From Girardia tigrina (lineage: Eukaryota), in contig MQRK01223612.1 of NCBI GenBank assembly GCA_001938485.1, forward strand, positions 1 to 60,866: 60,866 nt of DNA. The letters are read 5' to 3'. This document shows positions 24,022 to 36,839 of the stretch, piece by piece (within the stretch, counting starts at the first letter, position 1; every line of letters begins with the position of its first letter). Under the pieces are notes generated by a model that saw only the letters and a program-made list of their open reading frames with translations, made no database searches and was not told the origin of the DNA. A program made the translations under genes and the position numbers.

Positions 24022-25400
24022 TGGTGTCAGAAGTTGGATATTGCATTCTAATAGCTCCCAATTAAAACCCTTATTTAATTATTTCTTTTTATTCACGTTG
24101 TTTGCCATTATGACTACTAAGGTGAAACTGAAAAATAAACAGGCTGATTTTATAGAACACCGGTTCAATAATAAGAACAAAATTTATTTTAAAGTCCCAG
24201 ATTTTAAATTAGACTGTAATGGTTCTCCTATACCTTGGTTAGAAACATGTATTAACCTCTTTAATTTTAATGATATTTTCGATAACAATGTTATATTAGT
24301 TCTTATATTATTAATAATCTACCACCGAATATCCTCTTCAAATTTGGAGATCAACTTCAACAATTTTCTAAAGCTACAAATCCTCTCAATAACCTACGCG
24401 AAATTTTTCAGAATTCTTTTCCATGGGACCAAGATCTGATTTTAAATGAATATTTCCATGATCATATTTTAGGTGATAAGAAACCCTATATTTTTCTCTC
24501 TGAATTAATTGATAAATTAAAAGATGAGCAGGGCCTAGTAAATAACTGCCTGGTAAAATTTTTCTTCTACAGACCACTACCCTGTAATATCAAACACTTA
24601 GCCAGAAACTAGTAAATTGGCTGACCAATTATATCAAAGTAATTCCTATAATGTCAACGCCATTCATAAACTTAAAATAAACGAAGAAAATGAAAGTGTG
24701 ACAATCAAGACCCTTTTAAATAAAATCGAATCTTTAAATGAGGAACTCTGTTCCCTAAAAGGAATCATAAAAGACCAGGAAATCTTCATAAAAAACTTAA
24801 AAAACAACCAACAGCAAAGGATTACAAAAATATCAACAACTTTCAATACAACAGAAATATATATTTTAATTCTTTTGACAGAAATTATTCTGACAGTTCA
24901 AAGAATTATAATGTGAATTTATGTTTCTACCATAATGAGTACGGAAATTCAACTTTTCGTTGTATCAAACCATGCAATTTTAATAATAATAGTTTAAACC
25001 CAGGGAGTCACTTGGATTAACACCCTTTCCGAGTGACGTTAATAATATTTAGAGTATCTGTAAATAATTTACCTCATTCATTTTTATTTGACTCCGGTTC
25101 AGTCGATTCTGTTTTACCTCGTTCGTTCGATGTTCAGCGTTCACACAATAATTCTAGTCTATATGCAGCAAACGGTTCTTCTATTGAAACTTTCGGCATG
25201 CGTAAATTAAAGATAGTTCTGGGAAAGGATATTTTCTGGTGGAATTTTATAGTTCCTAATGTACGACAGCCGATTTTCTTAGTAATTTTGGACTTCTAGT
25301 AGATTGTAAAAATCATTCTCTAATTTTTAAAGATAAAATATATTACGGTATCGGAGAGCCTAATGTTTGTTCTATTAAAAAAACTTTTGTTCAATACATT
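24022..25400 (+). pseudogene. Ty3/Gypsy gag-protease remnant with tRNA-Leu-type PBS
   Basis: PBS TGGTGTCAGAAGTTGGAT at 24022-24039, gag motif LCFYHNEYG..CIKPCNF, and aspartic protease FLFDSGSVDSVLP..LYAANGSSIETFG. Confidence 0.88.
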
Positions 25401-25640
25401 TTAACTGAAATTCCTAAAACAAAGGTGACTACTTTTTACAATTCTATTTTCTTTAAAAAAAATTCTAAAAATAAATCAATTACTAAAACATCAATCAACA
25501 AAAAACATTTTTGTACGTGAGATTATTCCGGTTAATAGTTTAACAAATACATTTTTTTTCACAGAAGGTAGATTTGTCTGTCCAAACCGATATTCATAAT
25601 ATATCATATATTTATGAATATTTATAAATTAATTTAATAA

Positions 25641-25849
25641 TACTGTTAATTTTAAAAATAACGGCAAATGTTTTTTGAGAATTAGAAGACATTTTAAAAT
25701 ATATTGAATAACGGAAAGGATCAGCACATTCGAACGTAGATATGCTCTCTGGACGAATGTGAAACATATGTAAAATGCTAAATGCAACACAAGTATTCAA
25801 AAACAGGGAATGTAAAGACCAGAAAATTTAATTCTATCGCATCAGAAAT
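25641..25849 (+). repeat. Duplicate (about 205 bp) of 27233-27442, the end of Gypsy RNase H
   Basis: Near-identical sequence encoding YIE.RKGSAHSNVD.LS. Confidence 0.85.
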
Positions 25850-26304
25850 AATGCCAAAACATCGGTGATTTGACCTTCGTTACATCTAAGAACAGATATT
25901 TTAATTCTTTTGAAATTAAGCCTTCAATTTGAACACTAATATTTTCTTTAGTAATAAATGAGTTTCATTTTATTTCTAGATACAATTTTAATGTCAGTTT
26001 TTGAATTGTAGAATATGTTTTTATTTTTGAAATTTTCAAAGATGTTTGCAAAACTCTAATTTATAACATTTTCCTAGTCCTAGGGTACTCTTGTAAAGAT
26101 TGATTTTAAATGAGAGTCAAAACGTTTTACTTGAACTCATTGAGATACAAATCTTCTAATGACTCAATATAAATACGGAAGAGATCAATGAGATAAAAGC
26201 GTAAACAGAGTCTCTCAGAATCACCAACCAGAACATGGTACGACTTGTTATTGATTTTGATTGATCATATATTTATGAATATTTATAAATTAATTTATTA
26301 ATAC

Positions 26305-27235
26305 TTGGACGGGATTCCGTGTCTCCACGTTGTTATTTTTTTAATCAATAGTTTCGCTTGAATTTTATAATTATTTAAACTCGTAACGATCTTTTTATCG
26401 TTTATTTTGGAATTTGTCAGCAATATCATCATTATATTCAGCGCATCCAGCGCGTCTCCTTCAATATATTCGGCTTGCAACAACGCGATATAATTTTCCC
26501 ATTTATTACCAATTACTTTTCCGCAAGTGAAAAATCGTATCGGAATAATCATTCTTTTGTTGTCAATCACAAATGAAATTTATAAAATTGCCAAAATCAA
26601 CAAAAAGACAAATTTTTCCCCTTTTATTTTTAATTGAAACAGTTTTTAATAATTGATCACACTTCGCTTGAAATTGGAAACCTTTTTTTCAAATTAGAAT
26701 TGTTATTGAAAAACTTTTATTTTTTAGAGACAAAGACTTGATTCAAAAAATTGACAAACTTTTTTTTAAATTGTGAAAACAATTCACACAAAAAAACAAA
26801 GCTCCTCACACACACACTCACAAACAGACATTCACCAATCATTATTTACATATCAAACATACATACACTCTGCATTCATACATTTCATTCAATCAAAACT
26901 ACCTTACATAATTACTTACCTCAATCAATTACATAATTACATTTGAGGCTCACCATTAATTAATTCGTATAAAGAATCGTTTATACCGGTTTCGTTTATG
27001 AATTTATAAATCAATGATTTACATAGATGTCTGTTATTTAAAATAGTACTGATACAGATTATTTAAATTAATTATTATTATTTTTTTTATTTTAATTATT
27101 AATTTGTTAATTTTAATTAATTTATTTAATTATTTTTAATTTATTAATTTAATTGTTTAATTATATATGTTTTATTTATAAATTTCTGAAACTGACAAAA
27201 ATGTTCGGTTAAATCAGCAATTCTCCGCTCCAATA
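26305..27235 (-). mobile_element. Family-B element carrying an RPB10 fragment
   Basis: Terminus T(A)TTGGAGCGGAGAATTG, TGGTGAGCCTCA at 26944-26955, a CA-rich leader, and a 24-mer at 26305-26328, all shared with 55326-56524. Confidence 0.7.
26433..26552 (-). pseudogene. POLR2L: RNA polymerase subunit RPB10 N-terminal 40 aa, fused in frame to unrelated sequence
   Basis: MIIPIRFFTCGKVIGNKWENYIALLQAEYIEGDALDAL. The first Cys is replaced by Phe and the RYCCRRM half is missing. Confidence 0.92.
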
Positions 27236-28260
27236 CTGTTAATTTTAAAAATAACGGCAAATGTTTTTTTTGAAAATTAGAAGACATTTTAAAATATATT
27301 GAGTACCGGAAAGGATCAGCACATTCGAACGTAGATATCCTCTCTGAACGAGTGTAAAACATGTGTAAAATGCTAAATGCAACACAAGTATTCAAAAACA
27401 GGGAATGTAAGGACCAGAAAATTTAATTCTATCGCATCAGAAAAAGTTTCAGTCACCTCAAAAAAGTTTAGTTGTCCGACGAGGAAATTAAAAGAAATGT
27501 TCATGAGATACATCAGTTGTTGACTCACACAGGAGCAAAGAATATAGAAAATCTACGGAGCAAAGAATATTCAAAGAAAATCCAACAAGTCATTCAGAGA
27601 TGTGTAGCGTGTCAAAAAGTTAAAGTATAACGAAATAAAAAAAAAGATGTGAAATTACAAGTAACTGATATTTTCAAAAGTAATTTTTATAGACATGTTG
27701 GCCGTTGACACAGAGAGTTGGAAATAAGATATATATATATATATATATACTAAATGTATAAAAACATTTCAAATACAATCCAGAATCGTGCATATTGATA
27801 AATTGTTGTCTGTTGATTAAAACTCTTCTTTAAAATCAGAAGTTTTAAATACATATCATTTACTGCTATATCGAAACATAACGAAGCAACTGTTCAGAAA
27901 ACTATTCTCAATAACTGGATTCTACGTTTTGGATTTTCAAGAATTCATGTTGATTGTTGGAAGGTGTTCGATTTAAAAACATTGAAGTAGATTGCTACAA
28001 GCTTATATGCAATGTTATGCTAAGTCCGTGCCATCAAAATTATAATGGAAAGATAGAACGACAATTCCAGACTATGATTGTCATGATGAGTACAACGTTT
28101 TACGATAGAAGAAAAACAGATTGGGTAGAAATTCTGCCGAAAATTGAGTAAAATTTGAATTTAACTACATAAAAATTAATTGAAGAGTCTAGCTGAAGTT
28201 TTCTTTAGTAAAAAGATCTGCAGGGAAAAATGGTACCCTTCAGGATATACAAACAGCATA
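27236..28260 (+). pseudogene. Ty3/Gypsy pol remnant (RNase H end, integrase)
   Basis: HQLLTHTG..CVACQKVK zinc finger, NWILRFG, HQNYNGKIERQFQT and DWVEILPKIE, with many stops. Confidence 0.85.
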
Positions 28261-28749
28261 TTCAAGAACGATGATACGGTTACAACAGATAGGAAGTTTT
28301 AAAAGAAGATAATGTATGATGATGACTTAAAATTACCAAATCATTTGCTTCATTATTTTTTAACGTTTCTGAGTTTTGCATTTCAGCCGAAATTATAAAA
28401 ATATCCCAACAATAAAGAATAGTCAACTCTTTAGTAGATGTAGTATCAGACTGAGTAATATTTTGTTTTTCTAATGAATCGCAGATGCAGCGAAAATTTA
28501 TTGATGCGAAAAAATATTGATATTTATCTTAGTTAAAATAATTATTTCAGAGTATTAGTAGGATATTATAATATAACTATATAGATGATTGATATAGAAT
28601 TACGACAGAATCGTATCACAGTCGCCTCGTGTAAATAAGTTTTTCCTGTGTAAATAAGTTTGAGTCTACAGTTTAGTTCCTGAACAGAGAGCCAATGCGT
28701 TCAGAAGTTTTGAGTAAATCAATTTGAGAACTGGAATTAACCTAATTAC

Positions 28750-28990
28750 ATCATCCCCGAACGATATTGAGCCGGCTGGGCGGCACATAGCCCGTCCTGG
28801 ATTAATTGAACCTGAAGGCGAACCAAACTCTTCACTATTTATAGATGAGGAGCGAGGGAAACGTGTCCGCCCACCAAATTTGTAAAACGGACTTACACAG
28901 AGATGTCATATACTGGGTACAGGTTAAACCCTTAAAAACCTCTGGGACTCAGAGTCGACAATAATGTCAACACCTGAGGTGGCCGTGACA
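28750..28990 (-). ncRNA. Family-A structured domain; far end of the element not found
   Basis: TGTCACG terminus at 28990, GACTC-T-GAGTC, AGGTT/AACCT plus GGGT/ACCC, GCC-TTCA-GGT, and GGGGATGAT. Confidence 0.7.
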
Positions 28991-30488
28991 CAGCGTATGT
29001 TATATACTCATTTATTTTGCTTATTGCAATTTTCTATTAGTTGTCAATGCTTAAAAATTTTAAAGCCTATTCCGGATGATCCTCGAGATGCCCTAAGAAC
29101 AAATTTGTGGTACCTGAGACACGCGGTGGATCATCTGCACACTCGGTCTCATTGTGATGGGCTAATACTTTTAAATAAATTAAAAGACTGTTGAAAAATC
29201 GAAAATGAATGTTCGATTTAATCGAGTTAATAACGTCATGAAAACAGATAATAAAGTCTTTCAAATTCCCAGAAGATGATTCGCAATATAATATAGAATA
29301 GACAGTGTAAATTAATACACAATTTTAATGTTAAAAGAGTTTCATTTAAATTTTCTATAATCAATTTGTTGACTGTTTTGATTAAATAATTCGAATTATC
29401 ATTACTATTGTCAGTGAAAATATATAAATCATTCACTGTTGAAAATTAAATCTATATTTTTAATACAGACTGTAAAGTCACACAGAGTTATGTATGTCCA
29501 ATGAGGATGTGTGTGGTTTGCTAGTCCCATGTTACCTGTAGTATGTGATCTCAGAGAGTTTTGTACATGTATGTATATTTATTTNTATGTATATTTATTT
29601 TTGTACATTTATGTATATTAATTTTTGCGTAATTATTATTTGAGCGTTATTTTGGTTTATAAATTGCGATGAATAAATTTTCGTTTTGTCTGAAGATTAT
29701 CGTATGTCTTATCAAGAAAACGAAGACTCAATACACGTCTTAATTTAATTCATTATTTTATAATTTCATGTAAGTCTTCTAATAAGTTTCTATTAAATTT
29801 TAGCATCAAGCCTAATGAATTAAAAAAAACTCTCGTAAAACAATAAACGGAAACATGGAATAATAAAAAAATCGAATTAAAACAATAAATCAATAGAATT
29901 AGAAAATGACGAATTAAAATTATATGACGAATTTCAGTAATGTATGAACATTAAATCGCCAACTTTTGACTCCTAATTCATAATTTCCAACGACTTTTGC
30001 CTCGAAATTTTCGTTTTATTTATACTCGACGATCCAGAATAGATTATTGACAACCATATCGGTTCATTTATATTTAATAATCCAGAAGTACCGTTTACAT
30101 TATCATTCTGTACCGGTTATAATTATTACGTTATATTTTTTTCTAACAATATAGTTATTTTATACGTTGATTTGTTTTTTTATTTTAGATTGCTAAGCTC
30201 ATTTAACTTATTCGTTAAATTAGCTTAGCAATTCTTACCTCATATAGAATAACTCACTAGTCACTAATGTCGATCTAATTGTGAGTCATTCTATATACAG
30301 ACCTTTCGATACAAAAATTACCAAAAAACAAAATAAAATCACAAGATTCTGTCAAGAGAAAAAGAATAATTCAATTTTCCATAAATTAAACCACTAGAGC
30401 CGACAATTCATAAATTTCATAAACTGAGTGTCTTAGAACCATCAAAAAGAGTTCTTCTCATAAGCAAAATTCAAATATATCGAGCATA

Positions 30489-30842
30489 TTAAAAATATCG
30501 ATTTAGAGGATTGCAGACCTGTGCGATGAGATCCGGAAGAGATTCTGTTAAAACAATCAATCTACCGTCACTGGGTGGCGTTTTGACATCTGTATCGAGG
30601 CCGCTACCTGACCCAAAGCGATCGAAAACCGATCGAGTATAATGAAACACCAAACCCCCGAATTGTTCCGAGGTCTCCAAAAATACCGTATGGATCTTGC
30701 CATCTCGCAAGGTCAACGTCGTCGATTCGTTCAAATAATCTAATAGATCGATTGCATGCGATGAATAAAAAGTATACAACCAGAAAACTGGTAGACAAGA
30801 CATAATTGATTTATTTACATCGATTTTTTGGAATTTTATCAA
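30489..30842 (-). CDS. Hypothetical ORF, 117 aa
   Basis: Open frame in a locally GC-richer island, with an N-terminal hydrophobic stretch. No family recognised. Confidence 0.3.
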   Translation of the reverse strand: MIKFQKIDVNKSIMSCLPVFWLYTFYSSHAIDLLDYLNESTTLTLRDGKIHTVFLETSEQFGGLVFHYTRSVFDRFGSGSGLDTDVKTPPSDGRLIVLTESLPDLIAQVCNPLNRYF

Positions 30843-31521
30843 ATTGTGTTTATTAAAACAAATTGTTCTTTTAGTCCATTTTTTAATTTCTTTTTTAAAA
30901 TAATTAATTATAAATAATTATAAGATTTTTATTATATAAGTAAATATTTAAATAGCCTAATTTTGGGGTTACTACAATCAAGAAACAACCTTTCAAAATC
31001 ATCATTTAAAATTATTAAAATTTAATTAAAAATGTTCAAGTACAATAAATTTCGATTACGTCAAATAATTTGAGAAAATGCTATTGAGAAAATATTTCAT
31101 TTCATCAATTCAAAAATTCGAGATCACAATATTGGAAATTTAAACTGTCAACAAACACTCGTTTCCAGATTCATATTGATAAAAATAAGCGAGAATTTTT
31201 TTCGAACCAGTAAGTCTCCCATTGTACCCATTACATGTGTATTGATAAACAATGTCCAAACACAATCCTAAAGGAATATGTGATTTATTGCAAAACATAT
31301 TCTTAATATTAAAGTAACATTTTATATAAACAATGTGACATTTGATATAAACAAAAAATGATCTTATTATAACATTTTTAATGACGCTTTTTATATTTTT
31401 ATTATTTTAATAACTATTTTTTTCAGAGTGATTTAGATTCAAAGAAACATAATATTTTGAATGTACAAAAAACTTGAATCTTATGATAAAATTATATTTA
31501 ATTTGATGCGTTGTATTCATA

Positions 31522-31960
31522 CAAGGGAATCCTAAAAATTCGTGGAAAAAATCAAATTATTGTGGCTGCATGTACATGTGTTACAATTACCGACTACCCT
31601 GTTTGTGTGGTTTTGCAGATGTCTACCAATTAGAAAATAGAATAAACTTGATTGGATGAATATATGTATGAATATAAATGGTTGTATTTTAAATAACTCA
31701 TTTTCTTCTATTTCAGAATAAATGGAAGACACAGTGCAGATACAACATGCAATCGTTTATTTTTTGTAGAAGGAAGACACGTCGGTAGCTCAAATTATAC
31801 TACGTTTATCCTGTGTATTTCTTTATTCAGCCATGTGTCAAAGTTCCGTCTACAAAAATTCGAAAAAGTTCGACAATCGTTGGAGAATGATGCCAGGACT
31901 AACCTACCAACAACCTCATTAACTGTGGAAAATGCAAAAGCAATTGAAGAAATCATTGAA
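31522..31960 (+). mobile_element. Mariner remnant (5' TIR and N-terminal HTH)
   Basis: TA|CAAGGG end. Translation from about 31722 gives MEDTVQIQHAIVYFL*KE..AQIILRL..KFEKVRQSLENDART.LPTTSLTVENAKAIEEII. Confidence 0.75.
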
Positions 31961-32716
31961 TGTGTTTGACTATGTGTTATATTACTACTAAATTTATTTA
32001 TTTTTATGAAATTTTATTTCTTGATCTTTATTTTTATATTTTATGGAATATTTATTATTTATTTTTGAAATTATGCTATGCATATAAATATTTTGAATTA
32101 TTAAAGTTCTTTTTTATAATTATATAACACGATGATGTTATATAATATCATTTGTATTAATATTTGTATCGTAAGAGTAAACTAAGAGATTTTAATTTTA
32201 GATCAGTTTTTACTGTCCAATATTTTAAATTGTTTTAATGTGTAAATGTTGTGATGCTGTATGTTGATTTAAGTATGTTGAATTTAGAATTGTGATTCTC
32301 CCGCCCAGATGGAAATTGGTATTTTTTATTTAAATTTAAAGTGATTGACTATTCGAACATAATTAAAATAATCATTTGATAAGTTCATATTTTTAATTTT
32401 AACAATTAATATTTTATAGTAAAATTTAAATTAAATGCATTTTAATAATTTGATAACATTTTTATTATTTGGGGATTTATTAAGAAATGGTTAAAATTAT
32501 TATTTTTAATTTATATTTTTAGAAGTTAAATATTTTTAAAAATGACTTAGAAAAATTATTCGAATAATTATGATTAAAAATAGAATTAAGAAAACCAATT
32601 AGAAGGATGACAAACGATGAAAGACTTTCTGAGAGTCATAATGACTCTAAATGTGATTGTAATAAAAGTTCAAAAGCGACTTGTCTAAATGTTCTTAAAG
32701 AAATGTTCTAAAAAAA

Positions 32717-32736
32717 TTGTGGCCCTAAAAAGGGCA
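32717..32736 (-). promoter_or_regulatory. Histone mRNA 3' stem-loop
   Basis: TGCCCTTTTTAGGGCCACAA lies 8 nt after the H2B stop and matches the metazoan consensus except at the first G. Confidence 0.85.
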
Positions 32737-32744
32737 GTATTTCT

Positions 32745-32957
32745 TTATCGGCTTGCGGCGTTCTTAGCCAACTCTCCAGGCAGCAGCAGTTTCACTCCCG
32801 TCTGGATCTCTGTGCTCGTGATCGTCGACTTCTTGTTGTAATGCGCCAATCGACTGGCCTTCCTTGCAATCCGCTCAAACACGTCGTTCACGAAACTGTT
32901 TATGATCGACATGGCTTTGCCAGAGATGCCAGTGTTTGGGTGCACCTGCAGCAGCAA
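32745..32957 (-). pseudogene. H2B: Histone H2B fragment
   Basis: [50 protein letters not shown]. The N-terminus is absent and the C-terminal helix is internally deleted. Confidence 0.95.
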
Positions 32958-33431
32958 GAATTCTATTATTTGTCTATTCAGAAATTCGTTTTTAATCTTT
33001 TCATGATAAATGTTTTTCTAGAATAATCCCGTGCAAAGCAATAATGATTTTTTTTAATTGTCAGTGATGGAATACGAAATATAGATGGTTATTGGTATAA
33101 TTTCTAATTCAATTCACAAAAGAAAAGTACAGAATAGATGTGAGATATATAAGTGTACATAATAATAATCATGAATTTTAATAATTACTTTTATATCATA
33201 TAAGATTATTATCAGAGAAAATATATATTTTTGTTCTACCTGGAAGAAATAAACGTTTTATGAAATTTAGGATGGGGATCATTTTGCTTATCAAAAGTAA
33301 AATTGATGCAATTATAGATTTACAATCACTATTGAACCTTAACGAAGTAAAATGAATGTATAATTAAATTTTATGACCAATGTTGAGTCTAACTTTTAGG
33401 AGATGCGTAAATAAAATAATCTATTCAACCC

Positions 33432-33432
<1 letters not shown>

Positions 33433-33478
<46 letters not shown>
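33433..33478. repeat. (TA)n microsatellite
   Basis: Perfect AT dinucleotide run; similar runs occur near 21279, 21590-21700 and 27729. Confidence 0.95.
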
Positions 33479-33480
<2 letters not shown>

Positions 33481-36400
33481 AAAGTACTTTCCATTATTTA
33501 AGTTTAGACGTGAAGATTTCTTTCTTTTTATATTATATAAAATATAATAGACGAGTCAAATAGATAGTGGTTTCGTAGCTGCGACACTCTGACATTGGGC
33601 GGCAGAATTCGGGTCGCGGGGAGGGAAAAAGACGAAGATCACTAGTTCGGTTCCCCACTATTCCTGCACCACATCGACACCTCTAATCGTCGATACCGTG
33701 ATGCAATCCATGTGACACTTCTTGACAGTCTGAGAGCACGTATGACCGCTGTAACCATCCACGACCGAGATAAAATGGCCAATATTTTCAAAGTCATCTT
33801 TTCCATTATAATCAGTAAAACTCAGTAAAGTGTGATTAAGGTATATGGTTCCAACATTGCATTTCTCGTTTACTAATTTGAAACTTTTGTTTTTTTTATT
33901 TCATCCTTTAGATTTTTTAATCTATTTAAATATTCTTCTCGATTATTTAATTTCACACTAAATTCAATCATCTCCAGTTTTAGATTTTCCAAAACATCAC
34001 TTTTATTTAAAATATTATTTTCTAATTCTTTCTCTTTTTTGAATAAATCCATAGCTTCTTTCAGTATACTATCCTCCTCATCAACATTTATCTTGTCCGA
34101 AACATCTGGCATAATTCTCACATCTTTCCTTTTAACTTGATCCCTAAGACTCTTCGGCACAATGAAAAGCTATCAAGTTTGACCATATGGAATTTTCACT
34201 GTCTGACAAATTACCAATGTATGTGATATCATCCGCTGCATTATACGTCTTATGCTGAACTTTTTGTACATTGACATGAGAACTCAGTTAATATTGCCCA
34301 TTGAACCTCTAACAATCGATTATTACTGTCTTTTTGTGAATAAGAATCACTCTTATATTTAATTTTAAAAATCGTTTATCTTGACTTTATATTTTATAAT
34401 AATTATCACTTTTGCGCCCTAAATGGTACTGGTCCAGGGCGAAAAGTGGTCCATAGTTCAAGGTCAACGTCAAGATTTTAAATATTCACAAATTGACCTA
34501 CTGTTGTTCTAAATGGAAAATTAAAATATATATATTTTTTAATTATAAAACCTTTTGTATTAAAAAAATTTAATGTTTTTGTGATTAAGAAAATTTAGTA
34601 GTAATTTGCATGTCGAAATCGTTAATTAGCAATATTTGTTTAATGTAAATAAAATTTGAATTTCGATCGAATCTTTTTTTCAAATTTAATCATTCTATTA
34701 ATAAAGCTTGGAGTTTAGAAAATATAAGTGTATTTTACAATTTTTATATTGGTTTAAAACAAGTAAATACTAAATACTATAAAATTTTAATTATTATTTG
34801 TTTTATATACTTTAAATTTTATTCTTGATTATAATAATAGATCAACAGTTATGTGAGGAAAATTGTAAATTGTTTGAATGTGTAAATGTATGGATGCTGT
34901 ATGTTGATTTAAGTGTGTTAAATTTAGAACGGTGATTCTCCCGCCCAGATGGAAATTGGTATTTTTTATTAAATTTATTAAATTTATGACTATTCGAACA
35001 TAATTAAAATAATCATTTGATAAGTTCATATTTTTAATTTAACAATTAAAATTAAGTTTAATAATATTTAGTAAAATTTAAATGAAATGCATTTTTAATA
35101 ATTTGATGACATTTTTGTTATTTTGGGATTTATTGAGAAATGGTAAAAAATATTTTTTAATTAATATTTTTAGAGGTTAAATATTTTAAAAAATAACTTA
35201 GAAAAATTGTTCGAATAATTATGATTAAAAATTAAATTAAACCTGTCACTTTAATTACAATTTCCAAGCACCTCGCTGTAGTATTTTAATATTTTTATTT
35301 ACCAAGGAATCATCGTCTATTATAGTGATACTGTTTGGAAATTTTTAAATTTTTAACTTTTCCAATTCAAAACTTACATATTAGATTTTTTTAATCATGA
35401 TTTCATTTTAAACATTCTAAATCGTTTTTTTATTTAAAATCAGTATTTAATCGACTACTACTTTTTCTCTAGTTTTATAATTTATTATCTCCTTTTCGTA
35501 AGACAATAAATTATTTTTTCTTTCAATTCTGCATTAATTTCATGTAATTAACTTTGCACTTTTTTGTTTTATTTCCATGTCCTGTAATTTGTCATTATGA
35601 ATCATTTCCGAATTTTCAATTTGATTTTTATAATTGCTTTCGATTTCGAGAATTTTTCTTTGACGTTTATCGATTAATTAATTTTTTTCCAATTTTAAAA
35701 TTATTTTCTAAACTTGAAATCTCTTTCAAATTTAATTGTAATTTCAGATACCCGATTTTTGTGACTCGTAATGAGATTCTTGATTTTCCCATCATCATCC
35801 GATTGATTTTTCGAATTATTGAAATTTTTATCTGAATTAATGTTATCGACTGCTTTTTTTTAATTCAATAATATTCGGTATTGAATAATACTGGAAAGTT
35901 GAGTTTTAATCATTAACATTTTCCTTTTCTTTATCTATAATGTTAGATATTGCGGTGATTGAATACCCATCTGTTTTACGTCTAGATGTTTCTTCGTAAC
36001 TTTTTTCTTTACAATTAACAATTCCAGACCGATGTTCCGATTTTTTTACTATCCTTAATTTCAATCACATTTTTAAGTACTTCTGGTTTTAAATTAATAC
36101 CCATAATGACATCTTTTAAATGAGAACAAATCTGATCATTATTTTCTCTTACGAAAGTATTATCTAATAGATCTGAGACTTTTGTTCAATCCAAAATTGA
36201 TATCTTTTTCATAATCTTCACTTTTACTATCAGATGTTGCTTATTAAATTCGGTTCATGATTAATAACATTCAAATCATTTGAAGTTATCTCATTTTCTG
36301 GGTTAAAACACTCAGGGGGTTCCACAATATTCCCAGTAATTTTGAAACATTCTTTAAAATTATTTGAGTCTACTTAACTATTTCTATTGGTGCATCGTAA

Positions 36401-36839
36401 ATACTCGGTGATTTTCCATTTGCGCCTAATATTAATATCTGAGTTGTTACATTCGTTACTTTCGTAATTGGGGCTTTCTTCACATTTATCACCGACCTTC
36501 TTACTTTGATTAATAAGTGTGATTGTGTCTTTAGAGCTATGTATTCAGTCCTTTTTTTAAGAAAGTGGAAATCATCGCAAAACAACAATTGTTAATTTAT
36601 TAACTTTCAGAATTTTATAGCTAATGAATTTAATAAAAAATTATTTCGGTTAAAAGGAATTTATTTAATCGTATACATTCTAACTTTAATTCTATTAATA
36701 TTAAAGATTTAAGTGAAATAATTTAATCTGAATTTTATTTGAATATTAAAAACTTTGTCAAATTTGAAATATCTAATATTACTGAAAGTTAATATATTTA
36801 AGAGATAATAAAATTCATATTAATTCTTTTTCCCAAAAT

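Larger units (their letters stand above)
32225..35237 (+). repeat. Pair of diverged direct repeats of about 370 bp (32225-32590 and 34862-35237)
   Basis: Shared GTGATTCTCCCGCCCAGATGGAAATTGG core and collinear flanks. Confidence 0.85.
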
